Shown one piece after another: positions 1-10,198 of a stretch of DNA of 64,000 nucleotides. The notes beneath the pieces are model-generated. The model was not told where the DNA came from, did not search any database, and saw only the letters and a program-made list of their open reading frames with translations. Made by a program: the position numbers and the translations under genes. Each line of letters starts with the position of its first letter. Position 1 is the stretch's first letter. The stretch is from an uncultured Candidatus Saccharibacteria bacterium (GTDB lineage: Bacteria > Patescibacteriota > WWE3 > 2-01-FULL-39-13): contig CAYJKF010000004.1 of assembly GCA_964370865.1 (NCBI GenBank), positions 22,734 through 86,733 on the forward strand, given 5' to 3'.

Positions 1-1135
1 CCCCTGATTGAGTATTGCCAGCTCTTAACTCAACCGTTCGTCCACTTAAGCCTACATTTGTACCATTCGCATAGTTAATACCAATAACACGACCTTTTAC
101 GGCCTTTTTCATTTCAAACATTAATAAATTTCCTGAACTTTCAATAGCATGAGTTGCATAGCAAGAATCCCCACCATTTACTTTGGTTATAGACTTAACT
201 CCCTGAGATCTACCAGTTTGATTGTTTTCTACATAATATGCACTATCACAAAAATAAGAGTTGGGAGCTGTGACAATTGCTAACAAAAGATATTCCGATC
301 TAGAGACTATATTGTAAGTGAATGCATTGGAAAAATTCTGTACGCGTAAATGAGCAGGGATAGTACTATTTCCTCTCATGTATTCAATAAGGCCATCTAC
401 TTCATCTAAAAAATGATATGAATCACCTAGGTCAACACCATTTGCGGATGAATAATCTTTGCCAAACCAATAACTCTCATCACATCCAGGCGCCGGCACG
501 TGGGCTGGAGTATTGGAGTATTTAATACACCAAGCCCGGTCACAACTATCTCGACTAGTACCCCAGCAGTAACTTGAGGCATTACATGTACTATTAGTTT
601 TATCTAAGTCACCAGCGGCATTTTCTCGGGATGGTCTCGCTTGTGCACAAAAACGGTCAGCCCAAACTGCTAAAGTGGTCAGACGGGGACCCTCTTGAAT
701 GTCAGAATGTAAATCCCCAACAACGCTAACTTTGTCATCTATTCTATTTTGACCTTGTGTAGCTAATTTTGAGTATTGTGCCTCAGGAGCCCAATAATTA
801 TTACCATCATAATTTTTAGTTATTACTCTAACCCAAGTAGGGGATTCTTTCGGGTTACCACTCACTGAACCAAACGGCACACAAGAATAACTACATGTGG
901 TAGCTGATGTGCAAAAAGGCGCTCCATTTAACTCATTTGCAGGACATACCGCAGAACATGGGTATCTCCATGCACCACCACAATAAGCGCTTCCTGTACA
1001 TAGGTATTGCCCACCTGAGGGAACGCAATCAGTTTCAATAGCAAAAACGGTGGAATGTTGAGTTAAAACGAGTACCGTGTATACACAAAAAGGTAATAAT
1101 AGATTAAAAAATATTTTAAGAAGTGATTTGCGCAT
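1..1135 (-). CDS. Large secreted Cys-rich protein, 5' part (runs off the window start); paralog of 2227..7224
   Basis: Not in the ORF track. Hand translation from ATG 1135 gives MRKSLLKIFFNLLLPFCVYTVLVLTQHSTVFA-IETDCVPSGGQYLCTG... (signal peptide). It shares motifs with the 1665-aa protein: WVRV/WARV, APNSYFCDSAY/TPGSYFCYNAY, FEMKKAVKGRV/FEVRKAVIGKV. Confidence 0.85.
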   Translation of the reverse strand, partial: MRKSLLKIFFNLLLPFCVYTVLVLTQHSTVFAIETDCVPSGGQYLCTGSAYCGGAWRYPCSAVCPANELNGAPFCTSATTCSYSCVPFGSVSGNPKESPTWVRVITKNYDGNNYWAPEAQYSKLATQGQNRIDDKVSVVGDLHSDIQEGPRLTTLAVWADRFCAQARPSRENAAGDLDKTNSTCNASSYCWGTSRDSCDRAWCIKYSNTPAHVPAPGCDESYWFGKDYSSANGVDLGDSYHFLDEVDGLIEYMRGNSTIPAHLRVQNFSNAFTYNIVSRSEYLLLAIVTAPNSYFCDSAYYVENNQTGRSQGVKSITKVNGGDSCYATHAIESSGNLLMFEMKKAVKGRVIGINYANGTNVGLSGRTVELRAGNTQSG

Positions 1136-1214
1136 ATCCGATACTATTAATATTACAATAAATACCTAGACACATGCAAAGAATTCTAGAAAAAATTACG
1201 CAGGGATGATGTTA

Positions 1215-2165
1215 TTAAAATTTCCCGTTATTGGCAACGATTGGAAAATGATTTTTATAAGGAGAATAAGATGCTCTTTGAGTTTCATCAGGTGTTGGAA
1301 TCGGTGATTGTACCCCTTCTGGAGTTTGTGTTGCTGTCGGCGTTACGGTTGGTGTGGCAGTTGGCGTTGCGGTTGGAGTTGCTGTCCCTTTATAAAAAGG
1401 ATTCCTATACACGAATGCAAGCGCTGGCGTCTGTGCGCTAATGTTTCCTTCGGTAACCCATTCTCCATATTGCAACACTGAGGTTTCCATTACAAGTCGA
1501 ATTACTACCACGATATACTCTTGGTTTTCATTAACCTGGAGAATCTCGATTGTCTCACATGGAGAAATACAAACATCTTCAGTCTGCATTCCCATTACCA
1601 TCGAAATCAATCTTACCTCATCTTCAGTTGTAGGTAAAACATTCCAAGATATTATCCCAGCATCGAATTCAGCTCCTGCTGATATCATTTTTATTGTATT
1701 GGAATCATTAATGCGTAGTTCAACTCCACCATAAGATCCTTCTTTCCAAGTAGCTAGTCCACCATACGGATCTATTGCAGGTAAAAATATGGGATCTGTT
1801 ATAGGATTAAGTTTTGTTCCAATCACTATCTCACTAGGGTCTACCTCTAAAGCAGAAACGGGTGGGGTAGGTGTAGTAGGAATAGTAGGAACTGGATTAG
1901 GGGCTTGACCGATTGCGCCAGGAATTTCATCGACAGGATTTCTAGGCCCCGGAAACATTCTGGTGAATGGTGCTGCTGCGACTAAAGCCAGGGCACCTTT
2001 TACAAAAGATCTTCTGCCAATTTCCGATGGGTGATTTTCAGGTTGTGTAACCTCATTTTCAAACGCTTCGTCACCGACACGACTAACAGTTTCATTATTA
2101 TATGAATTAGGATTGGGAAGGTTGACTGGATCAGTTTCTACTTGAAAAACATCGCCTGTTAACAT
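1215..2165 (-). CDS. Hypothetical protein with twin-arginine-like segment and Pro/Thr repeat linker
   Basis: RRSFVKGALALVAAAP segment; TATPTATPTATPTVTPTATQTP repeat; C-terminus NHFPIVANNGKF. Confidence 0.75.
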   Translation of the reverse strand: MLTGDVFQVETDPVNLPNPNSYNNETVSRVGDEAFENEVTQPENHPSEIGRRSFVKGALALVAAAPFTRMFPGPRNPVDEIPGAIGQAPNPVPTIPTTPTPPVSALEVDPSEIVIGTKLNPITDPIFLPAIDPYGGLATWKEGSYGGVELRINDSNTIKMISAGAEFDAGIISWNVLPTTEDEVRLISMVMGMQTEDVCISPCETIEILQVNENQEYIVVVIRLVMETSVLQYGEWVTEGNISAQTPALAFVYRNPFYKGTATPTATPTATPTVTPTATQTPEGVQSPIPTPDETQRASYSPYKNHFPIVANNGKF

Positions 2166-2226
2166 TTATGCCAATAGTTTATCAGATTAGCTATCAACTT
2201 GCAACTATAGGTCCCTAAAAGTGCCT

Positions 2227-5200
2227 TTATTCAGTCAAAATGTAATAAACTTTAGATTCAGTAATTTCTGCAGGTAAGCTATCAGAAACTCCTATTAAGG
2301 ATGAATTATAAAATATTCGTTCTGCCGGCACGTCGACTGTCACTAAACTGTCCGCTAAATCTCTATCGAATATTATATTGTGTGCATAAATTCCCCCACT
2401 AATGTCAATCGGTATATCACTATCATCTCCGCTGGACTTGAATTCGATTGTACCAGTGGCGATTAAAAACACTGAGTCTATTTCTGTAACATCAGGTTCA
2501 ATCAACACATTGCCTTTAACATATAATATGAGCGGTTTAGTACTAGCGGAGGTGATATTCGAATCAATGTTTACAGTTCCACCATTTTTAACCTCAATAA
2601 ATACAACACGCGCATCCGTACTATCTGATAATGGGCCACCAATGTCATCATTATTATCAACCTCTAAGTACGACCTTCCATGATTTACGGCAGCTGGGAA
2701 GGCATTCTTTGTCTCCCAAATAGGGGACCCTAAATCAATTAACGCCTTAACATTTGCAAACATCGTCTCTATTGGAGTTTCGAACTTCATAGGGGAATTA
2801 TCTCCACTAACTAAATCTGGCACACCCCAATTCTTAAGTCCATTTCCATAAAAATCCATAGCAGGAGGAATTGGAGAAGGATCGGTTCCAAACGAGCTGT
2901 ACAAACCGCCACCTTCAAATCTAGGAATGATTGTCTCGTCTATACCTAGAGCAGTATACATATCAAATCCTTTTGGAGGAGTGATAAGACCGGTTGGATT
3001 TCCAATTATTACTCCACCTGCTGGCATACCTTCGCTAGGTCCAAACCCGTTTAGTGGGAAAGTAATAAACGCATTTGAGTGAACACCACCGTTATATGCC
3101 TGCCACCATTTAGTTGCTTCTTGTTTATAAAGTTTGATGGGAGAAACCGTCACAATGTTTGAACCGGGAATAGTATACGTAGTTGGTGTATGGAACGGTA
3201 TTGTTGTAGTTCCAGAACAATTTCCATATCCAACAAACGGACCGTCATTTATACCAGTTAACTGAATGTTGTAATCTGTATTGTAAGCTAAATTAGCGTT
3301 AGGGAAAGAATACATACCTTGATCATCTGTCTTTTTAGTCTGAGGAGGCATAATGCTTAATTGGACGTTTACACCTTCGAATTCTGTAGGCACTACACTT
3401 GGGTCGTTACATTCTGCGGAATCAGCAACCACAGTTATTTTAGACGGACCTACCTGTACAGGAGGATACTTAAGTTCATAAAGTGCGTTACATTGATTAG
3501 TAGGATCTGTATTTGTTACATTTCCTAAGGCATCAGTCCAATCTACATATGCTCTGTAAGTACCTCGTGGAAGACTTAGCGATGCTATCCAATCATATGA
3601 TCGGCTAACTGCTATACCCACGTTGTTACCAACAATATTTAAGGTCCCACTATCCGCAACTTGTACCCCAGAAGAATTCTTAACGTAAACTCTATATTTC
3701 GTAATATTTGAGGTCGAATCAGTTGCACTATTAGAAATTCTTACAGTAGTCTCGCCATTATGACTTGGAGGGATAAATGAAATTGGAGTACAAGCCGGTG
3801 CCGTTCTATCTATGACAAAAGGCGCAGTTGTAAATACACCAAAATTACCAGCCCGACCAGAATTATCTGTTATTGTAATACGTGCTCTATATGTTCCATT
3901 GGGAACAAGAGTAATAGCAGGGAGAGTTATAGTTTCATTGAAATTTCCGATATGATTTGCATTTGTCATTTGAGCAACTGTCCTCTCGGGAAACTGATTA
4001 GGTTTATTATATATTGCTGGATAGATCGGATTCCCTAATGAATTTATTAGATGAACTGTTAAACCTTTTAAACTCCAATCGTCCCTTGCATTAGCTGTAA
4101 TCGTATATGTACTGTTGTTTGCACCTCTTGTTATGGTTCCAGCCGTTACTACTGGCGCCAAATCCGTCACACAGATAGTATTGTTTATATTTCTTGTAGC
4201 ACCAGTATAAGGATCCCAAGAAACTCTAATAGGCATAGCAAGCGATCCTTTATTAATTCCATATGAACCTGGGGTTGTACCTGTTCGTAGAGTTACTCGA
4301 ATAGGTTGAGATGTAGTACCATTTCTCAAAGGTTCGTATGCAATCGATAATGCGTTGTTAGCAGTAAATGAACAATTACCAATTCTGGAAGTGCCGTTAA
4401 GACCGCATATAGAACTCGCAAGTGTGTTATTAAGTGTGGCTATACCATCTTCATCATCATCATAATTAGATACTATAAATGAGACACCTGTAGTAGTAGG
4501 CGACGTTTTGGATAAGCACGCAGAACCTAATCCAGCCGTACTTAGTACTTGCGTTCCTGGAGTAGCAGGTTGTGTTCTAATAACAACAGTTGCGGATCCA
4601 GATGAAGTTGGTGGAATAAGTTTATCAAAACCTGTTCCTGTTAAATTACAATTAAGTCCATTAAAATTTGCAGTTGTATAGATTGGTGTTTGGGTATTTC
4701 TTGGCGAAATAGTACCACATGAGGTTGTCCATTGATAACTGTATATTGGATCACCGTTTGGATCTTTACAATCTAGTTTTACTGGAATAGTAGTATTTTT
4801 AGGCCACACGAGTGCGTTATTATATGGTATCCATGTATCATCATTCTTCCTATATTGAATAGTACAGACAGGTGGCAGGTTTGCGGGGCAGCGTCCAACC
4901 CCTTTCGCACCTACAACACCACAACTTCTTAAAGTACCACTAATATCCGTATAGCCGGTTTCTGCATTAACTGTATATGTAACATTTGCACCAGTGCACG
5001 GCGCTAATGTATCTACATATCTAAAAGTAGCCGGATTGGTACTTCCTGGTACATCAGCAATATGCGTTGACCCTCTATAAATCCGATATCTTCGAACGTC
5101 ACTTAGATAAGCGACCCCTGGATTTGAAGGATATGACCACGTAACTGTAATTTGACCTTTTTCATTTGTACTTGCAACAACTGTCGGAGCAAGTGGTGCA

Positions 5201-7224
5201 TAAGAAATATGTATTGTCTTATATGGTTTAGTAGCATTGGTGTCAATCATTGGATTAGTAATGTTTGGGCTGTAAGCTCCACAATATTTAACAGCAGGAC
5301 TATAAGTTGCATAATTCACATAAGGATTACCTGAACACATTCTGGCAGCATTGTCATTTACCGTTAAGGCTACATAATAATTGGAACCAGCTTTGTAACC
5401 GCGAGCAGTAGAATACGTATTGCTGTCAACTGAGGACATCGATTTGCCTGGTACAGTTCTAACAGTTTGAAATTGATTTACCCAGGTACCATAACCTGAA
5501 GTAGCACCTGTAACACTTGTGCTGAGGGTATATGGATTCGTAGGAAGTAGCAGTGATGAATTGTTTGGACTGGCTGTAACCGATGTAGCATACGAGACTG
5601 AACCGTTCAGGCATGCAACATGGTCATATGGTAAACCTGCCGAAACTTTATTTGAGTTATTTACAACACTTAGAGTTCCAGTAGGGTGTTGATTTCCTAC
5701 TCTATTAAAGGCAAAGACGCATCTAGCGGAATCTAACAACGCCTCCACATTTGAACTTGAACAATCATTATTAGTAATAGTTGATTGTCCAACATATTGC
5801 GTATCACCAACTCTAGTATCTCTCCCATCACTTCTCCAAGTATAATTAATATTTGAACCCGTCGCGGCTCGATAATTCGAAGTATTCACAGCAAACGCAG
5901 ACCCTGTATGCCCACCAGGAGTAGAACCAGAAACGTAGACCGTATAATATTGACTTGAATATAAATTGGGCTCATTAAATCGATAATAGCCATTTGAATC
6001 AGTGGTTGTAGTTACTGTAGTAGGGGTTACATTGTTATTGTTATAACGTAAGCTTACTTGAATTCCCGAGATACCTGCTGGAGTAGCACTTCCATCCAAA
6101 CTAACAACCTTACCTATTACTGCTTTTCTTACTTCAAACAAAACATAATTTCCACCACCTCTAAAAGCTAACTCTACGTCACATCTAGTACCATCATCCA
6201 ATACACCCAAAGCAGGATCTTCTTGTTCAGGTCTAATATGTAACCGTTCACCGGTACTGTCCTCAACAACTAACCCTCCTCCACTATCCTTATCACCTAA
6301 TCTAACTGAACCACTGTCATGTCTTAGAAGTCCATAAGCGTTGTAACAAAAGTAAGAACCTGGCGTGGCTAACCTAACTCTATAATCCTGGTTTTCTTGA
6401 TCTTTGAAATTAAAAGTATAAATTTGGTCATATCGTTGCATAGGCATACCCTCTGGTATGGTTTCCCAACCCCACCTATCTTCTTCTTTATCATACAACC
6501 TCCAGTTAAAGCCATCTTTAAGAATATGGTGTAATTTGTTAACAGGAGAAATTTTATCTTTATCAGCATTCAAATCCGCTAGATCAGGTCCGCCACTAAA
6601 CCACTCTGTCTGAGTACAACCGTCTCCATTATCATAAACACAAGTCTGACCATTTCTTTGACACGCAGAGTTGCTTACGATATTTAGTTTTCCATCTGCG
6701 GCAACACTAGCTGCATTACCACGTCCACACATATGACCAGACCAAATTTCGCCACCATCATTGTTTGAACTGCTAGTAAATCTTACATTCCAATCCTTTC
6801 TATTAGTGGCATTAACAGAAAGACCTGAAGCTTCAGCAGGTCCAAAATAAACTTCTGTTGAATTAAAACTCCTGGAGAAAACTCTTGCCCATGCAATATC
6901 ATCATCTGGGGGACCTACTGAACCGCCACCACCTGAACCACATTGTGTAAAACAGTTGTACCCCCATTGGGTGGAAGGCAAACAAACTGTATTCCCAACC
7001 CCTTGTGAGCTTTCGTCACACAAAGTCGACGAACAACCAACTATACCTCCGGAACAAGTACGCAATGAACCTGGACATGAAAAATACTTTTCAGTACCAA
7101 GCATAATCTCATAACATTCAACCTCTTCTGCAAGAGCATTTCTACTAGAAAAAACGAATAAAAGAGTAAAGAAAATGGAACTGCTATATAATAATTGAGT
7201 TAAAAATTTATTCTTATTCCACAT
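2227..7224 (-). CDS. Giant secreted surface protein (Cys-rich N-terminus, Ig/FN3-like repeats), candidate pilus-associated adhesin
   Basis: 1665 aa with signal peptide (ALA-EE), many Cys, Thr/Ser/Asn-rich beta-type repeats (ITVTWSYP...RYRIYRG) and a C-terminal WWQ..GGVHS...PAERIFY domain. Co-oriented downstream of the pilin cluster. Confidence 0.85.
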   Translation of the reverse strand: MWNKNKFLTQLLYSSSIFFTLLFVFSSRNALAEEVECYEIMLGTEKYFSCPGSLRTCSGGIVGCSSTLCDESSQGVGNTVCLPSTQWGYNCFTQCGSGGGGSVGPPDDDIAWARVFSRSFNSTEVYFGPAEASGLSVNATNRKDWNVRFTSSSNNDGGEIWSGHMCGRGNAASVAADGKLNIVSNSACQRNGQTCVYDNGDGCTQTEWFSGGPDLADLNADKDKISPVNKLHHILKDGFNWRLYDKEEDRWGWETIPEGMPMQRYDQIYTFNFKDQENQDYRVRLATPGSYFCYNAYGLLRHDSGSVRLGDKDSGGGLVVEDSTGERLHIRPEQEDPALGVLDDGTRCDVELAFRGGGNYVLFEVRKAVIGKVVSLDGSATPAGISGIQVSLRYNNNNVTPTTVTTTTDSNGYYRFNEPNLYSSQYYTVYVSGSTPGGHTGSAFAVNTSNYRAATGSNINYTWRSDGRDTRVGDTQYVGQSTITNNDCSSSNVEALLDSARCVFAFNRVGNQHPTGTLSVVNNSNKVSAGLPYDHVACLNGSVSYATSVTASPNNSSLLLPTNPYTLSTSVTGATSGYGTWVNQFQTVRTVPGKSMSSVDSNTYSTARGYKAGSNYYVALTVNDNAARMCSGNPYVNYATYSPAVKYCGAYSPNITNPMIDTNATKPYKTIHISYAPLAPTVVASTNEKGQITVTWSYPSNPGVAYLSDVRRYRIYRGSTHIADVPGSTNPATFRYVDTLAPCTGANVTYTVNAETGYTDISGTLRSCGVVGAKGVGRCPANLPPVCTIQYRKNDDTWIPYNNALVWPKNTTIPVKLDCKDPNGDPIYSYQWTTSCGTISPRNTQTPIYTTANFNGLNCNLTGTGFDKLIPPTSSGSATVVIRTQPATPGTQVLSTAGLGSACLSKTSPTTTGVSFIVSNYDDDEDGIATLNNTLASSICGLNGTSRIGNCSFTANNALSIAYEPLRNGTTSQPIRVTLRTGTTPGSYGINKGSLAMPIRVSWDPYTGATRNINNTICVTDLAPVVTAGTITRGANNSTYTITANARDDWSLKGLTVHLINSLGNPIYPAIYNKPNQFPERTVAQMTNANHIGNFNETITLPAITLVPNGTYRARITITDNSGRAGNFGVFTTAPFVIDRTAPACTPISFIPPSHNGETTVRISNSATDSTSNITKYRVYVKNSSGVQVADSGTLNIVGNNVGIAVSRSYDWIASLSLPRGTYRAYVDWTDALGNVTNTDPTNQCNALYELKYPPVQVGPSKITVVADSAECNDPSVVPTEFEGVNVQLSIMPPQTKKTDDQGMYSFPNANLAYNTDYNIQLTGINDGPFVGYGNCSGTTTIPFHTPTTYTIPGSNIVTVSPIKLYKQEATKWWQAYNGGVHSNAFITFPLNGFGPSEGMPAGGVIIGNPTGLITPPKGFDMYTALGIDETIIPRFEGGGLYSSFGTDPSPIPPAMDFYGNGLKNWGVPDLVSGDNSPMKFETPIETMFANVKALIDLGSPIWETKNAFPAAVNHGRSYLEVDNNDDIGGPLSDSTDARVVFIEVKNGGTVNIDSNITSASTKPLILYVKGNVLIEPDVTEIDSVFLIATGTIEFKSSGDDSDIPIDISGGIYAHNIIFDRDLADSLVTVDVPAERIFYNSSLIGVSDSLPAEITESKVYYILTE

Positions 7225-7801
7225 ATTTCTCTACAAATACTTTAAACTCAACGCCATCTACTTTAAATGTAAATTCACCTATAAAGTCGAATCCGAAACT
7301 TCGGTTATCCTTTGAATCGATTATTGTGTCTTTTGAATTTGTGTCGGTGATAGATAAATTCTCAATTGTAATACTTCGATCTAATTCATTTGAAAATTTA
7401 ACATAATCTCCAATTGTTATGACCATTGCTCTGGACGTTATACCTTCAGGTAATATCAAGACATCATGAAGAACCGGTTCTCGATTGTTAAGCGTTGTCT
7501 CAACAAATTTTTCCCTTTGTTCTGTATCTACAATACTTGCTGAATTTGTTAACTCAGGATTTTCTTTTTTCAATTCGTCGAAAGTAACTTCGTCAGATTC
7601 TGCCAAAAAATCATCAAAAGAGTATTGGGCTCTTTGTTGATATTCATATTCTTCGTCATAAGGAACATCATTCTTATTATTTAAATTAGAAATTAAAGGG
7701 ACATTTATATTCGTGAAAAATATAATTACGGCAAAAATAATTGTTATTAAGCCAATAATTGTAAAAGCAACTCGGACAGGTTTAGATATATTCATAATCA
7801 A
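7214..7801 (-). CDS. Membrane-anchored hypothetical protein, small beta-sandwich (cupredoxin-like) C-terminus
   Basis: Single N-terminal TM helix; paralog of 8796..9440; overlaps the start of the giant protein (translational coupling). Confidence 0.8.
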   Translation of the reverse strand: MIMNISKPVRVAFTIIGLITIIFAVIIFFTNINVPLISNLNNKNDVPYDEEYEYQQRAQYSFDDFLAESDEVTFDELKKENPELTNSASIVDTEQREKFVETTLNNREPVLHDVLILPEGITSRAMVITIGDYVKFSNELDRSITIENLSITDTNSKDTIIDSKDNRSFGFDFIGEFTFKVDGVEFKVFVEKYVE

Positions 7802-7884
7802 AAAAGGGGTTACCCCTTACCAATTAATAATACCTCATATGAGTTGAAATTGTATAGAGTTAATCAAGCAATTCAGTACAACAA

Positions 7885-8760
7885 CTATCCAGTTTGAATT
7901 TCCAATCCATATAGAAACCCCACATCGATGCTAGGATATGCTTCTACAATCCAAGGAACAGGTCGACCAGTTGCGATATCAAATGCATCAAAGCCAACTA
8001 CGAAAATTAGGTTAACTCGAAAGATTAGCCCTGAGTCAACTCTGTATCGTCTTAACACACCATTATTATCGAGAGAATCGATATAACCATCGGGGTACCT
8101 CTCTCTAATCATTTCTTGTATTTTCTCTGGCATATTTTCAAGGTCGCTGAACTTGCCATCTTCTGCGAATGTTCCGATTCCAAACTGTTTATCACTTGCA
8201 TCAATAGAATATAAGCGACGCAACGTTTCTGAAGATATAACCTGTATTTTCTCACCATCTCCAGTTAGATAATCGGCAGGTCTTAGAATTCCTAAGTAAC
8301 CTTCTTCATTTTGCTGACTATCGTAGACAAATGACAAATCAGTTATACCATCAGGTCCCTTCCATAATATAGTAATGTTGTCTTCTGATACAGAAAGCCC
8401 CCAAACGTTACCAAATGCTTCGTTTTGTTGTAGTCGAAACTCTTCAGGAATGCGCAACCAAGCAGGTACCTTAATATTCTCTCCTGTTGTAGCATCTTCA
8501 TCTTTTTCTGAAAAGTCTACTGATTCGGGAAATGTATATATATCACTAGGAATATTGTTTGGTTCAATTGCAGTTAGATTACTATCTTGTTCAGGAGAAT
8601 CTGGAATTGTATTTTGTGGTGAGACTTCTGGCTCTTCACCAAGATTGCCACAAATTAAACGGAGATGTTCTGAGTCGATTAGGTCGCAAACTTCACTATA
8701 AGCCCGTATTATAGCGGCATCACTTTGCGCAATGTAGTTAGCTTCGGCAATATAATCCAC
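7885..8760 (-). CDS. Acidic hypothetical protein
   Basis: 291-aa ORF; TATAGT box 6 nt before the GTG start; no recognisable family. Confidence 0.65.
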   Translation of the reverse strand: MDYIAEANYIAQSDAAIIRAYSEVCDLIDSEHLRLICGNLGEEPEVSPQNTIPDSPEQDSNLTAIEPNNIPSDIYTFPESVDFSEKDEDATTGENIKVPAWLRIPEEFRLQQNEAFGNVWGLSVSEDNITILWKGPDGITDLSFVYDSQQNEEGYLGILRPADYLTGDGEKIQVISSETLRRLYSIDASDKQFGIGTFAEDGKFSDLENMPEKIQEMIRERYPDGYIDSLDNNGVLRRYRVDSGLIFRVNLIFVVGFDAFDIATGRPVPWIVEAYPSIDVGFLYGLEIQTG

Positions 8761-8795
8761 TTGCCCACTATAATACTATAAGTTTGCGAATAATG

Positions 8796-9440
8796 CTAAC
8801 TCTCTGGTTTGGTGACAAAAACCGAGAACGGTTTACCATCTACTTCAAATTTAAATTCTCCGAGGATATCAAAAACGAAAGAAATATTTGAAGCGCCTTC
8901 TTCTGTACCTAAAGAGTAATTATTACCCGTGGTTAGATTCTTAACCTCAATAGTTTTATTAGATTGATTTACAATAGTAACCGCATCAGTTTGGTAAACG
9001 AATGCTGATTCGCTGGATAGGGAAGTTGTATATATAACCCAAATATTCGATGACTCGCGACTGCTATTTACCGATTGTACAAACTTCTCGCGATCCTCTG
9101 TCTTTTGAAGTGAAGTCTCTGAAACTAATTCTGGTGCAGCCTCATTTAAATCATCAAAACCCAAAGTCTTTAAACTTTCATAAAATTCATCAGTAGGGGA
9201 GACTTCTCCATTTTCAGAAACATCAACAACGTTATCTCGTAAAGAATCAGTATTTACAACTTCATCACCAAATTCATTGGTCGTATAAAGAGCGTCCTTT
9301 TTATCGACATCATCAGTTGAATTTCGGAATTTTTGGATTGGGCTTTTGCCCATAACGGTTAATACTAGTACAACAACAGCACCAATTATTACAAGTGTAC
9401 CTATGATGAAAAAGGCGGTTCGGACAGATTTTGCTAGCAT
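8796..9440 (-). CDS. Membrane-anchored hypothetical protein, paralog of 7214..7801
   Basis: N-terminal TM; FDDLNEAAPEL...EDREKFV and GEFKFEVDG match FDELKKENPEL...EQREKFV and GEFTFKVDG. Confidence 0.8.
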   Translation of the reverse strand: MLAKSVRTAFFIIGTLVIIGAVVVLVLTVMGKSPIQKFRNSTDDVDKKDALYTTNEFGDEVVNTDSLRDNVVDVSENGEVSPTDEFYESLKTLGFDDLNEAAPELVSETSLQKTEDREKFVQSVNSSRESSNIWVIYTTSLSSESAFVYQTDAVTIVNQSNKTIEVKNLTTGNNYSLGTEEGASNISFVFDILGEFKFEVDGKPFSVFVTKPES

Positions 9441-9450
9441 TACTTATAAA

Positions 9451-10197
9451 TTATTCACCTAACATTACAACAGCTTCGTCAAAAGCAGATGGAAGTTGAC
9501 TGAAGAAACGATAGGCCTCAACTTTTCTATTAACTATCCCCGCAGTACCAATTGCGTTGATTTTGTATCCTGTGATTGTGGGATAATCAGCAATTGTTAT
9601 AGAAAGACTAGAGTAAAGAGGTCTCAATCGTATAAATTTAGTCCCACCTGGCACATCTACGGTAAAACCAGTCCGGTCTTTAAATTCAAAATTTGTAGGA
9701 ACATTAGAATTATCAAAAGCATAAAAATTTCTTGAAACTAGACCCGTGTCGGAATACATATAAACCGCCAAACTTGGTGAACTGTTAGACGTCAATGGCG
9801 TAACCGAAAATTGTAGAGATCCACCAGAATCGCCATAGGTTAATTCCTGTACAGCATTTTCGTTTAGTGCGGGAATTTTAACTTCTCCAGGTTCTGATTC
9901 TGGATAATTTCGAATTTCATATGAATACTTACATACTGTGTCGAGAGCGCCAACGTCACTCCCTGGCGGTAGTTCAACACCACCGTTGCCATCTGGGTCT
10001 GTCGCAGATAACGCACCAAAAGCCTCCTCAGCACCAGCCTCTGCACAAGCTAAAGCCTGCTCAGATTGAGTTGAATAAACTGTGTTTCTTAAATTTATAT
10101 TGGATTGGGTAGAACTTGCCACTCCGATACCCAAGGCAGTGACCATCGTGACTATTACCAAGATTAGAGCAGTTTGTCCTGATTTATTTTTGTTCAT
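9451..10197 (-). CDS. PilX-like minor pilin
   Basis: MNKNKSG|QTALILVIV N-terminus; SEQALACAEAGAEEA PilX-N motif; start moved to the ATG just after the upstream stop. Confidence 0.8.
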   Translation of the reverse strand: MNKNKSGQTALILVIVTMVTALGIGVASSTQSNINLRNTVYSTQSEQALACAEAGAEEAFGALSATDPDGNGGVELPPGSDVGALDTVCKYSYEIRNYPESEPGEVKIPALNENAVQELTYGDSGGSLQFSVTPLTSNSSPSLAVYMYSDTGLVSRNFYAFDNSNVPTNFEFKDRTGFTVDVPGGTKFIRLRPLYSSLSITIADYPTITGYKINAIGTAGIVNRKVEAYRFFSQLPSAFDEAVVMLGE

Positions 10198-10198
10198 A

